Assembly (NCBI GenBank): GCA_963727485.1
Contig: CAVSGM010000003.1
Coordinates: 160,001 to 224,000 of the forward strand
DNA from: an uncultured delta proteobacterium
Lineage (GTDB): Bacteria > Myxococcota > Myxococcia > SLRQ01
Direction of reading: 5' to 3'
DNA: 64,000 bases
The position numbers were made by a program, and so were the translations under genes. The notes below the pieces were generated by a model. It worked only from the letters and a program-made list of their open reading frames with translations, ran no database searches and was not told the DNA's origin. This document shows positions 60,684-64,000 of the stretch, one piece after another (position 1 is the first letter of the stretch; each line of letters starts with the position of its first letter).

Positions 60684-63600
60684 GCCAGAGGTCGTCGGCG
60701 GTGAGCGCGTTGATGGAGTGCAGGCGCACCCCCGCCACCTCGCGCCGGGCGACGACGTACTGCCGCTCGTAGTAGAGCGGCACCAGCGGGGCCTCGTCGT
60801 GGACCAGGCGCCCGGCGCGGCGGTAGAGGTCGGCGCGGTGGTCGGGGTCGATGGTGCGCCGGGCCTCCTCGAGGAGGGCGTCGAGCTCGGGGTTGAGGTA
60901 GCCGAGGGAGAAGGTCCGCTGGGCGTCCGAGTGGCACAGGGCGTAGAGGAAGCTGTCGGCGTCGGGGTAGTCTGCGATCCAGCCGACGCGGACCAGGTCG
61001 AAGCGGCCCTCCCGGAGGCGGCGGTAGTACTCGGCCTGGTCCATCCGGGCCTCGCGGATCTTCAGGCCCACCTCGGGGAGGAAGCGCAGGTAGCCCTCGG
61101 TGTCGGCCAGGGTCGCCTCGCTGCGGGTGGTGAGGGTCACCAGGGTCAGCTCGGTGCCCTCGAGGCCCTTGTCCCGGAGCACCCGCCGCGCGGTGTCGAG
61201 GTCCCGCCTCGGCCGGGGGAGGTCGGCGTCGTGGCCCGGGAGGCCCGGGGGCACCAGGGAGCGGGCGAGGGCGGCGTCGGGCTCGGCGGCCGGAGAGAAG
61301 TCCAGGTCGAGGGCGAGGCGCAGGGCCCGGCGCACCTCGGGGTCGGCCAGGGGCGGCCGGCCGCACTGCATCAGCAGCATGTTGGTGCAGTACATCTCCT
61401 GGCGATAGAAGCGGACCGACGGCGGGAGGAGGTCGGGGTGGCTGCGGACGGCGTCGGGGACGTCCAGGGAGAGGTCGAGGGCGCCAGTGGCGAGGTCGTC
61501 GACGATGGCCTCGGCCGCGGGGGGATCGAGGGTGACGTCGATGCCGTCGAGGTGGGGGGCGCGGTGGCAGCCCTCGTGGCGGCGGAGCACCAGGCGCCCG
61601 GGCTCGGCGGCCTCGAGGCGGAAGGGCCCGGCGCCCACCGGCATCCCCTGCCGCGACTCGCCGAGCAGGCAGGTGGGCGAGGAGAGGACCGCGAGGAAGA
61701 ACGACCGGGGCTCCCGGAGCCGCACCTCGAGCTCGGTGGGCGTGTGCGCCTCGATGGCCTCGACCTCGGAGAAGAGCCAGGCCGAGGGGCTCTCCTCCTC
61801 GGGGTCGAGGTGGCGCTCGAGGAGGCGCTTGACCGTCCGGGCGTCCACCGGGCGGCCGTCGTGGAAGACCACGTCCGGGCGCAGGTGGAAGCGGTAGCGG
61901 CGGCCGTCGTCGCCGACCTCGAAGGACTCGGCGAGGTCCGGGAGGATCTCGCCCTGGTCGCCGATGCGCACCAGCCCCGCGTGGATCAGGGCCGAGACCG
62001 CGTCCTGGTGGTAGGTGCTCACCCGGATGGGATCGAAGCCGCGGGTGGACTCGACGATCGCCGGCTCGCGCAGGGCCAGGCGCAGCACCCCGCCCCGCTG
62101 GATCTCCGGGAGGCGGTAGCGGTCGAGCTCGGTGGAGATGGTGGAGACCGAGCGGCCCAGCTGCTGCACCGTCCGCGAGAGGTGGTCGGCGACGCCGATG
62201 AGGCCCTCGGCGTCGCTCCCGACCCCGGTGGCGGCGGTGCGCATCCGGGTGTGGGCCTCGGTCACCGCCCCGTGGGCGTCGGCGACGGTGCCGATGCCCG
62301 CCTGGAGGCGCTGCATCGCCTCGGAGAGGCTCCCGGTGCGGGCGACCTGCTCCGCCGACGCCGCCCGCGCCTGCTCGGTGAGCGCCTGGACCTGGCGGGT
62401 GCGCCCGGTGAGCTCCTGGCCGATGCGCGCCTGGTGGTCCACCGCCCGGGACACGTCCTCGACCCGCTGGGCCACCCGCTGGGAGGCCAAGGCGACCCGC
62501 TGGCCCTCGGCCTCGAGGCGGGTGGTCTCGGCGACCGTCTCCTCCACCGCGGTGAAGGTCTCGGTGACCGTGGATCGGATGTCCTCCAGGGCCGAGGTGG
62601 CCTTCTCGCCCAGGGCGAGGCCGGCGGTGGCCTGGACCCGGCCCTCGCGCATCACCGAGACCGCCGTGCCCACCTGCCCCCGGACGTCGTCGACCAGGGC
62701 GGCGATCTCCCGGGTGCTCTTGCCGGTGCGCTCGGCGAGGTCGCGGATCTCGTCGGCGACCACCGCGAAGCCCCTCCCGTGCTCCCCGGCCTGGGCGGCG
62801 AGGATGGCGGCGTTGAGGGCCAGGAGGTTGGTCTGGTCGGCGATGTCCTCGATGACGTCGACGATGCGGCCGATGGCGTCGGAGCGCTCGCCCAGCGAGT
62901 CGATGATGGTCGCCGCCCGCTGCACCGTGTCCTCGATGGCGAAGAGGGCCTGGGCGGCATCGCTCACCAGGGACACCCCCCGGTCGGCGCGGTCGCTCAC
63001 CTCCTGGGCGTGGCGGCCGGTGGCCTCGGCGCGCAGGCGCACCTGGCCGATGCCCTCGGCGACCACCCGGACGAAGTCGTCGGCCTCGCCGGCGAAGACC
63101 GCGAGGTGCTGGCCGCTCTCGGCGAAGCCGTTGATCGACCCGCCCATGTCCTCCATGGTGCTGCGGGTCTGGTGGACGAAGTCGTGGAGCCCCGCGAGGG
63201 CCTCGCCCACCGCCTCCACCGAGGCCTTCAGCTCGCCGAGGGCGCCCTTGGCGTCGTCGGAGAGGCTGGCGAGCTGGCCCACGGTGCGATCGGAGCGGGC
63301 GACGGCGTCGCCGATGAGGTCCGCCTCGTCGAGGGTGCGGCGGGTGCCCTGGCCCTGGCGCCTGGCGGCGGCGAGGAGACGGGCGGTGGACTCGGAGACC
63401 TCCTCGGAGGAGTGGGAGAGGGCGCCGGTGGTCCGGCGCAGGGAGCCGAAGGCCTGGCGCAGGTCCCGGACCAGGCGCGAGAGGCCCTCGTCACCGGGCT
63501 CGAAGGACGAATCGCCCTGGCCGATGCGGGCGAGGTCGACCCGGGGATCGCCGGCGCGCCGCTCGCCGCGCAGCGCCACCGCCGCGATCCCCACCCCCGC

Positions 63601-63723
63601 GCCGACAAGCGCCCCGAAGAGCAGCGCCCCCCAGGCGAAGGGCACCAGCCGCCCGGCGATCGCCCCCACGGCGCCGGCGACGACACCGACGACGAGGAGG
63701 GGGACGAGGGAGCGGGTGCGCAT
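60658..63723 (-). CDS. Methyl-accepting chemotaxis protein fused to a C-terminal family-5 solute-binding domain
   Basis: Two N-terminal TMs; [34 protein letters not shown]; then [45 protein letters not shown]. One uninterrupted frame. Confidence 0.88.
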   Translation of the reverse strand: MRTRSLVPLLVVGVVAGAVGAIAGRLVPFAWGALLFGALVGAGVGIAAVALRGERRAGDPRVDLARIGQGDSSFEPGDEGLSRLVRDLRQAFGSLRRTTGALSHSSEEVSESTARLLAAARRQGQGTRRTLDEADLIGDAVARSDRTVGQLASLSDDAKGALGELKASVEAVGEALAGLHDFVHQTRSTMEDMGGSINGFAESGQHLAVFAGEADDFVRVVAEGIGQVRLRAEATGRHAQEVSDRADRGVSLVSDAAQALFAIEDTVQRAATIIDSLGERSDAIGRIVDVIEDIADQTNLLALNAAILAAQAGEHGRGFAVVADEIRDLAERTGKSTREIAALVDDVRGQVGTAVSVMREGRVQATAGLALGEKATSALEDIRSTVTETFTAVEETVAETTRLEAEGQRVALASQRVAQRVEDVSRAVDHQARIGQELTGRTRQVQALTEQARAASAEQVARTGSLSEAMQRLQAGIGTVADAHGAVTEAHTRMRTAATGVGSDAEGLIGVADHLSRTVQQLGRSVSTISTELDRYRLPEIQRGGVLRLALREPAIVESTRGFDPIRVSTYHQDAVSALIHAGLVRIGDQGEILPDLAESFEVGDDGRRYRFHLRPDVVFHDGRPVDARTVKRLLERHLDPEEESPSAWLFSEVEAIEAHTPTELEVRLREPRSFFLAVLSSPTCLLGESRQGMPVGAGPFRLEAAEPGRLVLRRHEGCHRAPHLDGIDVTLDPPAAEAIVDDLATGALDLSLDVPDAVRSHPDLLPPSVRFYRQEMYCTNMLLMQCGRPPLADPEVRRALRLALDLDFSPAAEPDAALARSLVPPGLPGHDADLPRPRRDLDTARRVLRDKGLEGTELTLVTLTTRSEATLADTEGYLRFLPEVGLKIREARMDQAEYYRRLREGRFDLVRVGWIADYPDADSFLYALCHSDAQRTFSLGYLNPELDALLEEARRTIDPDHRADLYRRAGRLVHDEAPLVPLYYERQYVVARREVAGVRLHSINALTADDLWLTGSAPLG

Positions 63724-63778
63724 GGGGGGCGGGGCGCGTTTGTGGACGCGGCGGGAGGCCACGTGGTAGCGGTTCGGC

Positions 63779-64000
63779 GTGCGTGGACGCCACCCGATTG
63801 TAGCCGGTCTCGTCCTGGTCGTGTCCCTGGCCGGGGCGATCCCGCAGGCGGCGCGGGCGTCGGAGACGCGACACTACCGCGTGGTGTTCCGGGGACACCA
63901 AATCGGCACCTCCCTGCTCTCGGTGCGCACCGACCCCGGGGGCCTGACCACCTACGTCCACGAGAGCCACCTCTCGGCCACCCGGGACGGCAAGACCGTG
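63779..64000 (+). CDS. Secreted protein, 5' fragment (runs off window)
   Basis: GTG 63779; signal peptide [21 protein letters not shown] then [12 protein letters not shown]; open to the window end. Confidence 0.55.
   Translation, partial: MRGRHPIVAGLVLVVSLAGAIPQAARASETRHYRVVFRGHQIGTSLLSVRTDPGGLTTYVHESHLSATRDGKTV

Overview
This very GC-rich window is most consistent with a myxobacterium (Myxococcota). It carries an FrzS/AglZ-like pseudo-receiver coiled-coil protein, PilZ proteins, Cys-rich lipoproteins and a J-domain/TPR protein. Many genes are split by single-base indels, most densely at ~19-40 kb; I read these as long-read assembly errors rather than real pseudogenes. Gene order: ggt, hemW, MBL hydrolase, pseudo-receiver coiled-coil, M16 protease and two PilZ genes. 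Next is a large Wzx/Wzy polysaccharide region: UpxY/NusG-type antiterminator, asnB-like amidotransferase, cysD/cysNC, wHTH regulator, nucleotidyltransferase, wzx, sulfotransferase, wzy, three GT4s, pglC/D/E/F-like genes, wzc, UXS-like gene, two nucleotide-sugar dehydrogenases and a Wzy_C-TPR protein. A housekeeping block follows (yhbY, hflX, proB, proA, rsfS, rlmH, ComF, histone H1-like, NFACT/RqcH, SprT-like, DedA), then a chemoreceptor fused to a family-5 solute-binding domain. The most interesting items are a candidate sulfated, bacillosamine-primed polysaccharide system; the MCP-SBP5 fusion; a dispersed ~70-100 bp intergenic element (3 copies, one in front of a tandem ribbon-helix-helix pair inserted between proB and proA); a decayed operator/antitoxin-like cassette; widespread apparent leaderless promoters; and a probable ATC start for hflX. 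I saw no rRNA, tRNA, CRISPR array, transposase or integrase. All family calls come from motif recognition by eye, with no database searches.
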